Positions 55,301 through 63,435 of a stretch of DNA of 64,000 nucleotides are shown piece after piece. The stretch is from an uncultured Bacteroidales bacterium (GTDB taxonomy: Bacteria; Bacteroidota; Bacteroidia; Bacteroidales; ML635J-15). The notes below the pieces were generated by a model. It was given only the letters and a program-made list of their open reading frames with translations, had not been told where the DNA came from and did no database searches. The translations under genes were made by a program, and so were the position numbers. The DNA lies in assembly GCA_905234755.1 (NCBI GenBank), contig CAJOIT010000003.1, positions 705,764 through 769,763 on the forward strand, given 5' to 3'. The first letter of the stretch is position 1. Each line of letters starts with the position of its first letter.

Positions 55301-55588
55301 TCCCTTTGGAATCTCGCGAACTTCCTTAACGCCATCAACCTTAGTGATGCATATACGGCGAATCTTGCCATCTACAAGCATTTCGCAAGCGCCGCACTTA
55401 CCTATACCACATTCAAGGCTACGGTTACGACCATCAAGGCTATGGCTGTGTACTGGAAATCCCGCCTGATGTAAAGCAGCTGCTATTGTCTTACCACGCT
55501 GACCTTTAACTATTTGTCCTTCGTATTGAAACTCCACAAGGTCTTCTGCGGGGATTTCAAGAATAGGATGTCTTTCAATTTTGTACAT
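52364..55588 (-). CDS. Multidomain iron-sulfur flavoprotein: 2Fe-2S + NAD(P)/FAD pyridine-nucleotide-disulfide oxidoreductase + 2x[4Fe-4S] ferredoxin + BFD-like 2Fe-2S + DAO-type FAD oxidase (HcnA/HcnB/HcnC-like fusion)
   Basis: Start chosen at 55588 (MYKIERHPILE), giving 1074 aa. Motifs: CGIGKCGACEM; TVAIIGAGPAGLA; VLTVGAGNIGY; CNPCSFSCPQGAI and CIGCMQCVNHCPGLAI; YVCHCEDV...MGPCRGKRC; VLVAGGGMAGSAAF. Confidence 0.8.
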   Translation of the reverse strand: MYKIERHPILEIPAEDLVEFQYEGQIVKGQRGKTIAAALHQAGFPVHSHSLDGRNRSLECGIGKCGACEMLVDGKIRRICITKVDGVKEVREIPKGYCPGVEANPQKEVKIHKTTVAIIGAGPAGLACREKLNELGIPNLVIDNNASIGGQFNMQTHQFFFFEKEKKFGGMRGFDIAKTLAGDNHDGILLNNTVWDLLEGKRIALKNVVNQEISYVDAEHLVVATGAVPFMPVFENDDVPGVYTAAVFQKMMNQENTLLGKRVLTVGAGNIGYLTSYQGMQAGAEIKAIIEGMDHEGGFPVQANRVRRLGIPILTSHILLKAIPNDDYTGIKGAVIAECKNFKPIPGTEKIIDDIDIINICTGLVPDDQILTKGKHVFGLNTYGCGDAVRIGEGTSAVLRGKQVAYEVAQNLGIRINYDEYLEISRQYIDSQQHPVRVLDKPNLPENARMHEKPFVQLDCLYGFACNPCSFSCPQGAITKSSTNTTPVVDYNKCIGCMQCVNHCPGLAIFGYDLNKNTLFLPVEYDVEEGKDVFLVDNNGKPVGEGVIEKVLRKENKTHVVRVKATTISGEQLTAARGFILKERYPKPLEFKGLHDVDSEMYVCHCEDVDIKTILNVIGDRKYISVDELKHITRMGMGPCRGKRCVSRARQILRAHGIELVGESSPRAPLANQVTLGDLYNPNAKEVYVFPKGHDVRKEEVKVLVAGGGMAGSAAFRYFAEAGMKPVLINYDRGSSWRCIGGGRPAFSNPDISDIANHNLEIFKEIQSVHNIDFKMTKYVNLVHDDATYKALDASRAWSDAYMIEKKDFRNEISPLWNMDSNVYSHALISNNCWQATPGRTIDYVRSIAVQNGGRLMEDCELLSVYKNGDKFVALVRTHDKQFVEFTCEHFVNSLGWGAEKFTDMLGIDTQLYPVKHQAFITRRLPNLGKAGDSLDMIIDRRHYKGFSAVYGQQFLHTGQIIGCASPDCDAFEARQNLKYNSKEFLEIVSEVFADWIPNLASVGFHAVWAGYYMEPRYIVDPEVGMLTGLRGHGFMLGQYLAKIYVDKYLGKPVPSYMKDLALSGKGLSENAFK

Positions 55589-55624
55589 AGTTCTTCTTTT
55601 TGTATTTTTTTGGATTGACGAGCG

Positions 55625-55632
55625 CAAAAGTA
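55625..55632 (-). promoter_or_regulatory. Bacteroidota -7 promoter box (TAnnTTTG)
   Basis: The minus strand reads TACTTTTG, 36 nt upstream of the ATG at 55588. This supports the shorter start. Confidence 0.5.
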
Positions 55633-55686
55633 AGAAAAACAAATTACATTCGCCAATGTCATTTTAACTTTTTTTGAACGCAAAAT

Positions 55687-56970
55687 TTATTTGGTGTAAA
55701 ACTCTATCATTTTCACTATAGCTCGTTGACAAACAGGGCAAAACGACTCGCACTGGAAATGGTTCATCAAGCAGTCCTGCATAGGGCGATAAAAATCCTT
55801 GCTCATGTAGCCAGCACCTTCATATACACCAACCTTATCCTTATATTCCGCTGTTGCAGGCGTTGGAATCGGTGTCCCGGGTTCTATCATGTCCTTCCAT
55901 TTCACATCAAAGTTGACCAAAGTCGTGACATTCGGATCGGCAGGTTCCAGTTTCTTGTTGTAAAAGTCGTTATATTCAGCACCACCGACATATTCATCGC
56001 CAAGACCAGCAAAACCATGACCGAACTCATGCACTATGATTTTTCCAGCCATCTTGTTGGAATTCACTCCAGTGCAATACCAATTGAAAATTCCACCGCC
56101 ACCATATTTGGGACTATTGACAAGAATATAAATCTGGTCGTAAGGCGCATTTGCAGCAACATCGCGAAGTGCCTTGTTATCAGTGGTCATAAGATAGCGT
56201 TCGCTTCCAAGCGACCAGTACGAACAACTTACGACCGTATTCTTCCATATCCCCCTGCAAGGTTCATCTACACCCGACTCCTCCGATGGAGCAAGGACAG
56301 CATGAATATTGAAATCATCCTTATGCGAAGTATATGGCTCGTAGCCGAAAAATTCCTTCTTGAATTTTTCGCAGTCCTTTTTGAACAACGACATCTGCGA
56401 AGCCGTGTATCCATCAGGGACAATCACAATGTCAACTTTATGGGCAGCTTCACCGTTGCCTCCCTTGTGAACCTCGAAAACTGGATACTTGTGGCGATTG
56501 TCCTGCTTAATCAGACATTTGTCAGATGGGTCAATGTTATAACTGTATTTTTCAACATATTCACCTGTTTCAAAAGACTTTGTGCAGAACACAATAGTAA
56601 CGGCAGCTTTTGGATAAGGAAATACTACCGACTCAGAAAAACTTTTTTGTACCGACTTTGCCTCGTCAACAGTCTGCCACTCGCCGAACAATGTCGAATA
56701 CGACTTGCTGTATATCAGCGTTCCTGATGCCTTGTCAAAAACTTTTACCAGATATTTTCCAAAATTCGTTTCATCTATCAGATTGACCTTAGAACCGCCC
56801 CAAAAAGGTTCGGCAATGACTTCATCAATATAATAGGTATCATCGGAAGCATCACCAGCATGAAAATAATCTACACGCATGATTCTATTCTCAAAATACT
56901 TGTCAAACTGCGCTGAAACAAACACTGGGACAAGTAACAATAGCATTACAATTAACTTTCTCATATACAT
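55687..56970 (-). CDS. M64-family (IgA-peptidase-like) zinc metallopeptidase
   Basis: 427 aa with a signal peptide (the start may be the ATG at 56964). IVHEFGHGFAGLGDEY zinc motif. Confidence 0.85.
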   Translation of the reverse strand: MYMRKLIVMLLLLVPVFVSAQFDKYFENRIMRVDYFHAGDASDDTYYIDEVIAEPFWGGSKVNLIDETNFGKYLVKVFDKASGTLIYSKSYSTLFGEWQTVDEAKSVQKSFSESVVFPYPKAAVTIVFCTKSFETGEYVEKYSYNIDPSDKCLIKQDNRHKYPVFEVHKGGNGEAAHKVDIVIVPDGYTASQMSLFKKDCEKFKKEFFGYEPYTSHKDDFNIHAVLAPSEESGVDEPCRGIWKNTVVSCSYWSLGSERYLMTTDNKALRDVAANAPYDQIYILVNSPKYGGGGIFNWYCTGVNSNKMAGKIIVHEFGHGFAGLGDEYVGGAEYNDFYNKKLEPADPNVTTLVNFDVKWKDMIEPGTPIPTPATAEYKDKVGVYEGAGYMSKDFYRPMQDCLMNHFQCESFCPVCQRAIVKMIEFYTK

Positions 56971-57620
56971 TGATTTTTGTATTCTTCTGTAAAAACAAAC
57001 CTGACCGTTTTTTCGTCCATGTCAATCCTAACGACTTGCATGAGCATAAGATTCACCAGCACATCCTCGACACTTCGCACAGACATTCCCGTAAAATGGA
57101 CAATAAAGTCCTTGGTAACGAATCCACTTATGCGAATTTCGTTCACAATAAACTTCATAACATCATCGTAAAACAATTCCGATGGCACATAACTTTTTGA
57201 TTGCCGCCAATACCGAACAAGTTCGGGCGGCGCAAGCACATTCTTGTCGGCACAACGCACAAAAGCCCTCATGTCGCCACGCACATCGGGCGCATAATGC
57301 GGAAGTTTCTCGCTACGCGCGACGACAACCTCTAGCACATTTTTCCCATCAACCACATGATTGACTGCCGAATATTCCACCACAGGATAAGTATAGAGCA
57401 GTGCCGCAGTCTCTATCATGTAGCACTCTTCTTCTGATTTTACGCCTGCTATCGAACCGTTGTCGCGAACACCAATCAGCAAAGAACCACCATCGGTATT
57501 GGCGTATGCCGCCAGCGAACGAGCAATCTTGCCCGAATCGGTAATACTATGCTTAAAGTCGAGATGCAAGCCCTCTCCTTCCGCAATGCGCTCAAGCAGT
57601 TCGTTCCGCTGTAAATCCAT
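56961..57620 (-). CDS. AlbA_2 (Schlafen-like) putative DNA-binding domain protein
   Basis: 219 aa. EGLHLDFK and AAYANTDGGSLLIGVRDNGSIAGV. Confidence 0.75.
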   Translation of the reverse strand: MDLQRNELLERIAEGEGLHLDFKHSITDSGKIARSLAAYANTDGGSLLIGVRDNGSIAGVKSEEECYMIETAALLYTYPVVEYSAVNHVVDGKNVLEVVVARSEKLPHYAPDVRGDMRAFVRCADKNVLAPPELVRYWRQSKSYVPSELFYDDVMKFIVNEIRISGFVTKDFIVHFTGMSVRSVEDVLVNLMLMQVVRIDMDEKTVRFVFTEEYKNQCI

Positions 57621-57637
57621 GCAACAAAATTTTGCAA

Positions 57638-57645
57638 CAAAAATA
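57638..57645 (-). promoter_or_regulatory. Bacteroidota -7 promoter box (TAnnTTTG)
   Basis: The minus strand reads TATTTTTG, 17 nt upstream of the ATG at 57620. Confidence 0.4.
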
Positions 57646-57675
57646 ACACTTGATTTATGATTTTGAACAAACCAA

Positions 57676-58560
57676 TCACTCTATTTTTGAAATCAGCCAT
57701 TCGGCAGTCACATCATTCATAAGTGCAAGAGCAAACAATTTCTTGCCCAAGTCTTTCAAAGAAGCACCGACATGATACACCTTATCGTCGACTAGCAGAA
57801 ATCTGTCATGAGCATTCTTGAAAATAACAACTTCAATTGGTTTATATTCAGCATTATGCTTTGCAATGTCTAATTTCAATTGCTTTGAAATACCTTGCGT
57901 ATAAACCTTAGCAGAAACATTATCATTCCTTTTTGCAAGCATCAGCAACACCGACTCATCTATGTAGTTGTCAATCAAAACCAACCTATGCTCAGCACTT
58001 TTTATCAACCCTATTACAAATACATACGCATCAAATACCTGCCCATTGAAAAATATGCCTTCCTTTTTATTCAAGTTTCTGCTTTCTATCACCGAAAATA
58101 TCTTGTCAAACTTTCTATCTGCATCGACACGGCTCTGCTCGAGACTATCAAGACGCTTAATAATTGAACCATCACGCGAAATAGCATTCCTCATTTCGAC
58201 AAAAGCATCGATAATACGCACACTAACTGCAACCGCAGTTTCGCTGCGAAGCACAGCCGAAAGCATAGCAACGCCCTGCTCTGTAAAAGCATAAGGATTC
58301 GTCTTTGAAAACTTTAACTTTTCGAGGTGGTCACAAATTGTGACCACCTTATTTCTTTCATCATCAGTAAGTTGAAACCTAAAACGCTCTGGAAACCGCT
58401 CAATATTACGCTTCACCTGCTGATTCAAAACCTTGGTTTCAACTCCATAAAGTTCGGCAAGATGATAATCAATCATCACCTGCTTATTCCTTATTGTAAA
58501 TATCAGATTTTCAACTTCATAAGAAGAAAAATCCGAAAGAATCAAATTTGCCATACGCAC
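57676..58560 (-). CDS. ORF6N (KilA-N-like) domain protein with C-terminal PLD-like module
   Basis: 294 aa. MIDYHLAELYGVETKVLNQQVKRNIERFPERFRFQLT is the ORF6N part. The C-terminal HDRFLLVDDKVYHVGASLKDLGKK is an HxK/R-x4-D-x6-GxS-like motif. Confidence 0.75.
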   Translation of the reverse strand: MRMANLILSDFSSYEVENLIFTIRNKQVMIDYHLAELYGVETKVLNQQVKRNIERFPERFRFQLTDDERNKVVTICDHLEKLKFSKTNPYAFTEQGVAMLSAVLRSETAVAVSVRIIDAFVEMRNAISRDGSIIKRLDSLEQSRVDADRKFDKIFSVIESRNLNKKEGIFFNGQVFDAYVFVIGLIKSAEHRLVLIDNYIDESVLLMLAKRNDNVSAKVYTQGISKQLKLDIAKHNAEYKPIEVVIFKNAHDRFLLVDDKVYHVGASLKDLGKKLFALALMNDVTAEWLISKIE

Positions 58561-58746
58561 CTATTAATTAATAATGTAAAACAATAATTTTCCGCAAATA
58601 TCGCCTAAGCGCAAACTACAAAGCGAATACAAACATTTACTTTCGTTTATTATTCGTTTACTGTCGTTTATACGCGGATTAAGTACTGTATACCAGGCCA
58701 ATACACTTAAACACACAAACAAACTCCTCTACAAATAAAAAGTTAC

Positions 58747-58754
58747 TATCTTTG
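58747..58754 (+). promoter_or_regulatory. Bacteroidota -7 promoter box (TAnnTTTG)
   Basis: TATCTTTG lies 54 nt upstream of the ATG at 58809. Confidence 0.5.
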
Positions 58755-58808
58755 CAAATGGGACATAAATGTTTGAATTGAAGAAAATTTTGTAATAATT
58801 TATTGTAT

Positions 58809-60881
58809 ATGAAAAACTTAACAAAACTAATGTTCATTATGCTTAGCGGAAGTTTAATCGTGTCATCGTGCACGGAAAAGAAAGAAGAAGCAAAGCCTGC
58901 CGAGGAACAGGAATTTCAATGGCAGATTGACCAGTTCGATGACATCAAAGTAATGCGCTACCAGGTACCAGACTGGGATTCGCTATCTCTACAGCAAAAG
59001 CAGTTCATCTATTATTTGGCCGAAGCAACCTACTGGGGACGCGACATTTTGTACGACCAGTTCTTCAAGTACAACCTTATGATTCGCAACACTTTGGAAG
59101 GCATTTACACCACCTACGAAGGCAACAAGGAATGCGAGGACTGGAAAAACTTCGAGATATATCTTAAAAAGGTATGGTTTGCTAATGGCATCCACCACCA
59201 CTACTCCAACGACAAGTTCACGCCAAAGTTTTCGGAAGAATACTTCAGGATGCTCCTTGAACAATCGAAGGACGGCTATATTGCCATGAATGCAACTGAA
59301 GGCATGGACAAAAATGAGTTCACCGACCTTCTCTGCGACATTATCTTCAACCCCGACAAGTACCAGAGCAAGAACAACACTGCCGAGGGCGTTGACATTA
59401 TCGCACAGTCGTGCAACAACTTCTACGAGAACCTTACTGCGAAGGAAGTTGAAGACTACTACAACGCTATGCAAGTTCCCGATACCGCAAGACCTATCTC
59501 CAAAGGTCTTAACTCAAAGTTGTTAAAGACTGCTAATGGCGGAAATATTGTGGAACGCACATACAAAATTGGTGGTATGTACAGCGAAACGATAGAAAAG
59601 ATTGTCGAGAATCTTGAAAAAGCCATCGAATTTGCTGAAAGCGATATTCAGAAAGCAGAACTGCGCAAACTTATAGAATACTATCAAACCGGTGACCTTA
59701 CCACTTGGGACGAATACAATGTGATGTGGGCAGAAAACACCGACCCGCGCGTTGACTATGTAAACGGCTTCATCGAAAACTACGGCGACCCACTGGGACT
59801 TAAGGCTACTTGGGAAGCAATTGTTGACTTCAAGGACATCGAAGCCACCAAGATGACCAAGCTGATAAGCGAAAATGCTCAGTGGTTCGAGGATAACAGC
59901 CCTGTTGACAAGCGTTTCAAGAAGGAAAAGGTAAAAGGCGTTTCTGCAAAGGCAATAAATGTTGTTGCACTCGGTGGCGACTGCTTCCCTGCACCACCAA
60001 TCGGAATCAACCTGCCAAACGCCGACTGGATTCGCAAGGACCACGGCTCAAAATCGGTAACAATTACCAACCTGACTTATGCTTACGACCAAGCAGCATT
60101 GCAACGCGGTGGAAGCCTTGAAGAATTTGCAGCCAGCGAAGAGGAAATTGCAAGAGCAAAGAAATATAGCTCAATTACCGACAATCTTCACACCGACCTC
60201 CACGAATGCCTCGGTCACGGCAGCGGTCAACTTCTACCCGACACAGACCCCAATTCATTAAAGGAACACTCATCAACATTGGAAGAAGCTCGCGCCGACC
60301 TTTTCGGACTTTACTACCTCGCCGACAACAAGATGGTTGAACTTGGACTTCTCCCCGACAACGAAGCATACAAGGCAGAATATGACGGATATATCCGCAA
60401 CGGACTTATCACACAGCTGACCAGAATACTTGAAGGCAAGAACATCGAAGAAGCCCACATGCGCAACCGCGCCCTCATTTCGCGCTGGTGCTATGAAAAC
60501 GGCAAGGACGACAATGTGATTGAAATGTTCAAGAAGGACGGCAAGACATACGTAAAGGTAAACGACTATGTAAAACTGCGTGAACTTTTCGGAACTTTGC
60601 TTGCCGAAATCCAGCGCATAAAGTCGGAAGGCGACTATGCAGCAGGCGCAGCAATGGTCGAGAAATACGCAGTTAAGGTTGACCCAGAACTGCACAAGGA
60701 AGTGCTTGAACGCTACCGTGCATTGAACCTCGCACCTTACGGAGGATTTGTAAATCCGAAACTTACACAGGTGTTTGACGACAAAGGCAACTTGAAGGAT
60801 ATTGAAATTTCATACCCCGACAACTATGTTGAACAGATGCTCTGGTTGAGCAAGAACTATTCGATTAAGCCGAAGTTCTAA
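58809..60881 (+). CDS. Dipeptidyl-peptidase III (peptidase family M49), lipoprotein form
   Basis: I prefer the ATG at 58809 (MKNLTKLMFIMLSGSLIVSSC) over the TTG at 58803. Zinc motifs HECLGH and EEARADL. Confidence 0.9.
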   Translation: MKNLTKLMFIMLSGSLIVSSCTEKKEEAKPAEEQEFQWQIDQFDDIKVMRYQVPDWDSLSLQQKQFIYYLAEATYWGRDILYDQFFKYNLMIRNTLEGIYTTYEGNKECEDWKNFEIYLKKVWFANGIHHHYSNDKFTPKFSEEYFRMLLEQSKDGYIAMNATEGMDKNEFTDLLCDIIFNPDKYQSKNNTAEGVDIIAQSCNNFYENLTAKEVEDYYNAMQVPDTARPISKGLNSKLLKTANGGNIVERTYKIGGMYSETIEKIVENLEKAIEFAESDIQKAELRKLIEYYQTGDLTTWDEYNVMWAENTDPRVDYVNGFIENYGDPLGLKATWEAIVDFKDIEATKMTKLISENAQWFEDNSPVDKRFKKEKVKGVSAKAINVVALGGDCFPAPPIGINLPNADWIRKDHGSKSVTITNLTYAYDQAALQRGGSLEEFAASEEEIARAKKYSSITDNLHTDLHECLGHGSGQLLPDTDPNSLKEHSSTLEEARADLFGLYYLADNKMVELGLLPDNEAYKAEYDGYIRNGLITQLTRILEGKNIEEAHMRNRALISRWCYENGKDDNVIEMFKKDGKTYVKVNDYVKLRELFGTLLAEIQRIKSEGDYAAGAAMVEKYAVKVDPELHKEVLERYRALNLAPYGGFVNPKLTQVFDDKGNLKDIEISYPDNYVEQMLWLSKNYSIKPKF

Positions 60882-60904
60882 ACAACAGAACATCAACAAA
60901 ATAT

Positions 60905-60930
60905 AAAGGATGGCTCGCCATCCTTTTTTT
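60905..60930 (+). terminator. Intrinsic terminator of the DPP III gene
   Basis: AAAGGATGG-CTCG-CCATCCTTT followed by a T-run to 60930. Confidence 0.8.
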
Positions 60931-60953
60931 GTTTTCATCATGATTAATACAAC

Positions 60954-60982
60954 AAAAAAAGCGGAAGAGTCTTCTCTCCCGC
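60954..60982 (-). terminator. Intrinsic terminator of iorAB (minus strand)
   Basis: GCGGAAGAG-TCTT-CTCTCCCGC (one mismatch). The A7 run at 60954-60 gives a U7 tract on the minus strand. Confidence 0.7.
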
Positions 60983-61005
60983 TCTATTTCTATAAGATTT
61001 TACTG

Positions 61006-61578
61006 CTAGTTATTCTTTGCGAACTCGTAACCTGCCTTTATTGCAGCAAGGTTCGAATTTACAACAGCTTCGCCCTTGCGACCAAAAATGCGCTGGATTG
61101 AAGCTTCAAGTTCTGCAAGTTCCAATCCGAGGAAAGGAATTGTTGCACCAAGCAGAACCATGTTTGAACGAGCGTTAACCTTCTTTGCAATTTCGTTTGC
61201 GTTGAAAGCAACATTTGTCTTTACCTTCTTTACTTCTGCCATAACCTTGTCCATATCAGGATAGTTCTTGATATTAACGAAAGGTTCTGAGTTTGTGATT
61301 ACACAACCGTCGGCAGCAAGGAATGGCAAATAACGCAACGATTCCATTGGTTCGCTCGACAAAATGATGTCAGCCTGACCTTCTGGAATAACGTCTGCAT
61401 AAATCGGCTTGTCGGAAATACGCAAATGCGAGAAAACCGAACCGCCACGCTGCGACATTCCGTGGATTTCAGACTGCTTCAAATACAAATTCTTGTTGAG
61501 TGCTGCATCAGAGATGATTTTGGCTACCGATACTATACCGTCGCCACCTACGCCGCACAATATGATGTCTTTTTTCAT
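61006..61578 (-). CDS. iorB: Indolepyruvate:ferredoxin oxidoreductase, beta subunit
   Basis: 190 aa. ILCGVGGDGIVSVAKII...HGMSQRGGSV, a 2-oxoacid:acceptor oxidoreductase gamma-type domain. Lies directly downstream of iorA. Confidence 0.85.
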   Translation of the reverse strand: MKKDIILCGVGGDGIVSVAKIISDAALNKNLYLKQSEIHGMSQRGGSVFSHLRISDKPIYADVIPEGQADIILSSEPMESLRYLPFLAADGCVITNSEPFVNIKNYPDMDKVMAEVKKVKTNVAFNANEIAKKVNARSNMVLLGATIPFLGLELAELEASIQRIFGRKGEAVVNSNLAAIKAGYEFAKNN

Positions 61579-61603
61579 GTTTATTTCTCCTATTATTAAA
61601 AGG

Positions 61604-63187
61604 TTATTTCTTTTCGCCTATGTGCTTCTTGAGTTCTACGATACAGGTTCTGCGCGGAATAATTACCGAAACGCCGTTGTAATTGATTTCCTCTTCGAGA
61701 ATCTTTACAAATTCGTCGTGGTTCTTTGGTAGCGGAACAATCTCGCGGATATGTTCTGGTTCAACGCCAAGACCTATACAAATCTGTGCAATCTTGCAGT
61801 GTGCCGACGATGGCTGACCACCTGTCATTGCTGTGATGTCGTTGTCGAGAATCATGATTACAACATTTGCCTTTTCGTTTACGCAGTCCAAAAGACCTGT
61901 CATACCGCTGTGACCGAAAGTACCGTCACCTATTACAGCAACTGACGGGAAGATACCAGCCTCAGCAGCACCCTTTGCCATAGTTATTGATGCTCCCATG
62001 CAAACGGTTGTGTCAATAGCCTTCATGTTGAAGCCCAAGGTATAGCAACCTATATCGCCGAATACCTTACCGTGATACTTAGCCATAACATCATTCAAAG
62101 CAGTGTAGCTGTCAACATGAGGACAACCCTGGCACAATGCTGGTGGACGGTTGGTTACCAATTCTGGAACAGGCATTCCCTTTGCAGGAGCGAGTTTCAA
62201 TGCAGCAGCAATCTTTTCTGCGTTCATTTCGCCATCGCGACGGATGGTTTCGTCCAAGCGACCCATAACCTTCTTGCCCTTTGCAAGGAATCCCTTTATG
62301 TGCTCCTCGATGAATGGCTGACCATCTTCGAGAACAAGGAGTTCGTCGCACTCATCGTACAACTTGCTGAGCATATTGTAAGGCAACGGATACTGTGTAA
62401 TCTTTACAACTGGATACGGGCAATGTCCGTCCTTGAAGTTTTCCATCAAGTAGTTGTAAGCGATACCGCTGGTGATTATACCGAGTTTCTTGTTTTCGCC
62501 ATCGAAATACTTGTTGTATCCAGATTCTTCTGACGACTTTGTGAACAACGGCTGCTTGTCGATAAGGTTTCTGTACAAGCGCTTAGCATTTGCCGGCAAC
62601 AAAACGAATGAACTAGCGTCAGCTGGTTCTGTCAATGGGTTTTGTGGCAACGGATTGCGACGTTCAACACCTGCACGGCTGTGAGCCAAACGGGTAGGAA
62701 TTCTGTAAAGAACAGGAGTTCCAAGTTTTTCCGAAAGTTCGTAACCGAAGAAAACCATATCGTAAGCTTCCTGCTGGTTCGATGGTTCGAGCATTGGAAT
62801 CATAGCCCAGTGTCCGTAGAAACGGCTGTCCTGCTCATCCTGCGACGAGTACATGCTTGGATCGTCAGCAACAACGACGAGCACGCCCTTAGTACCGATG
62901 ATAGCTGCGTTCATGAACGGGTCACCGCATACATTGAGACCGACATGCTTCATACAGGTCATAGCACGCTTGCCAGCGTATGCAACACCTATTGAAGCCT
63001 CGAGAGCTGTCTTTTCGTTTGCACACCAGTTGGCGATAACACCTTTTTCCTTTGCTTCCTTTGATTTGATTACATATTCGGTAATCTGAGTGGACGGAGT
63101 TCCAGGATAGCTGTTTATTGCGCTTCCGCCAGCATCGATGAATGCTTGAGCTATCGCTTCGTCTCCCAACAATAATAATTTCTGCAT
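61604..63187 (-). CDS. iorA: Indolepyruvate:ferredoxin oxidoreductase, alpha subunit
   Basis: 527 aa. LLLGDEAIAQAFIDAGG N-terminus, PPALCQGCPH, GDIGCYTLG, and the TPP motif IGDGTFGHSGM. Confidence 0.9.
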   Translation of the reverse strand: MQKLLLLGDEAIAQAFIDAGGSAINSYPGTPSTQITEYVIKSKEAKEKGVIANWCANEKTALEASIGVAYAGKRAMTCMKHVGLNVCGDPFMNAAIIGTKGVLVVVADDPSMYSSQDEQDSRFYGHWAMIPMLEPSNQQEAYDMVFFGYELSEKLGTPVLYRIPTRLAHSRAGVERRNPLPQNPLTEPADASSFVLLPANAKRLYRNLIDKQPLFTKSSEESGYNKYFDGENKKLGIITSGIAYNYLMENFKDGHCPYPVVKITQYPLPYNMLSKLYDECDELLVLEDGQPFIEEHIKGFLAKGKKVMGRLDETIRRDGEMNAEKIAAALKLAPAKGMPVPELVTNRPPALCQGCPHVDSYTALNDVMAKYHGKVFGDIGCYTLGFNMKAIDTTVCMGASITMAKGAAEAGIFPSVAVIGDGTFGHSGMTGLLDCVNEKANVVIMILDNDITAMTGGQPSSAHCKIAQICIGLGVEPEHIREIVPLPKNHDEFVKILEEEINYNGVSVIIPRRTCIVELKKHIGEKK

Positions 63188-63435
63188 ATTTCTATTCTTT
63201 TATTTTTTACATTTAATTAGTCCACGAAGATACAAATTTTCCGACACTTACAAAAATGTTTCAAAGCATATTTTGAATGGAGTTATTCACGATAACATTT
63301 TTTTACAAATCACTTTAAATCAAAGACATAATCACCAACAAATATTTCTTTGTTAAAAAAGCATTTGTTTCTTCTTAACAATGGCAACCAGATTATAAAC
63401 GCTGGTCGGCTGAATATGTGACAAACAATGATGGT

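Noticed and set aside
55589-55642. 18-codon extension of the multidomain oxidoreductase ORF
   Set aside because: The extension (MFFLLLRSSIQKNTKRRT) overlaps the TACTTTTG promoter box at 55632-25. The 2Fe-2S domain starts cleanly at MYKIERHP (55588).
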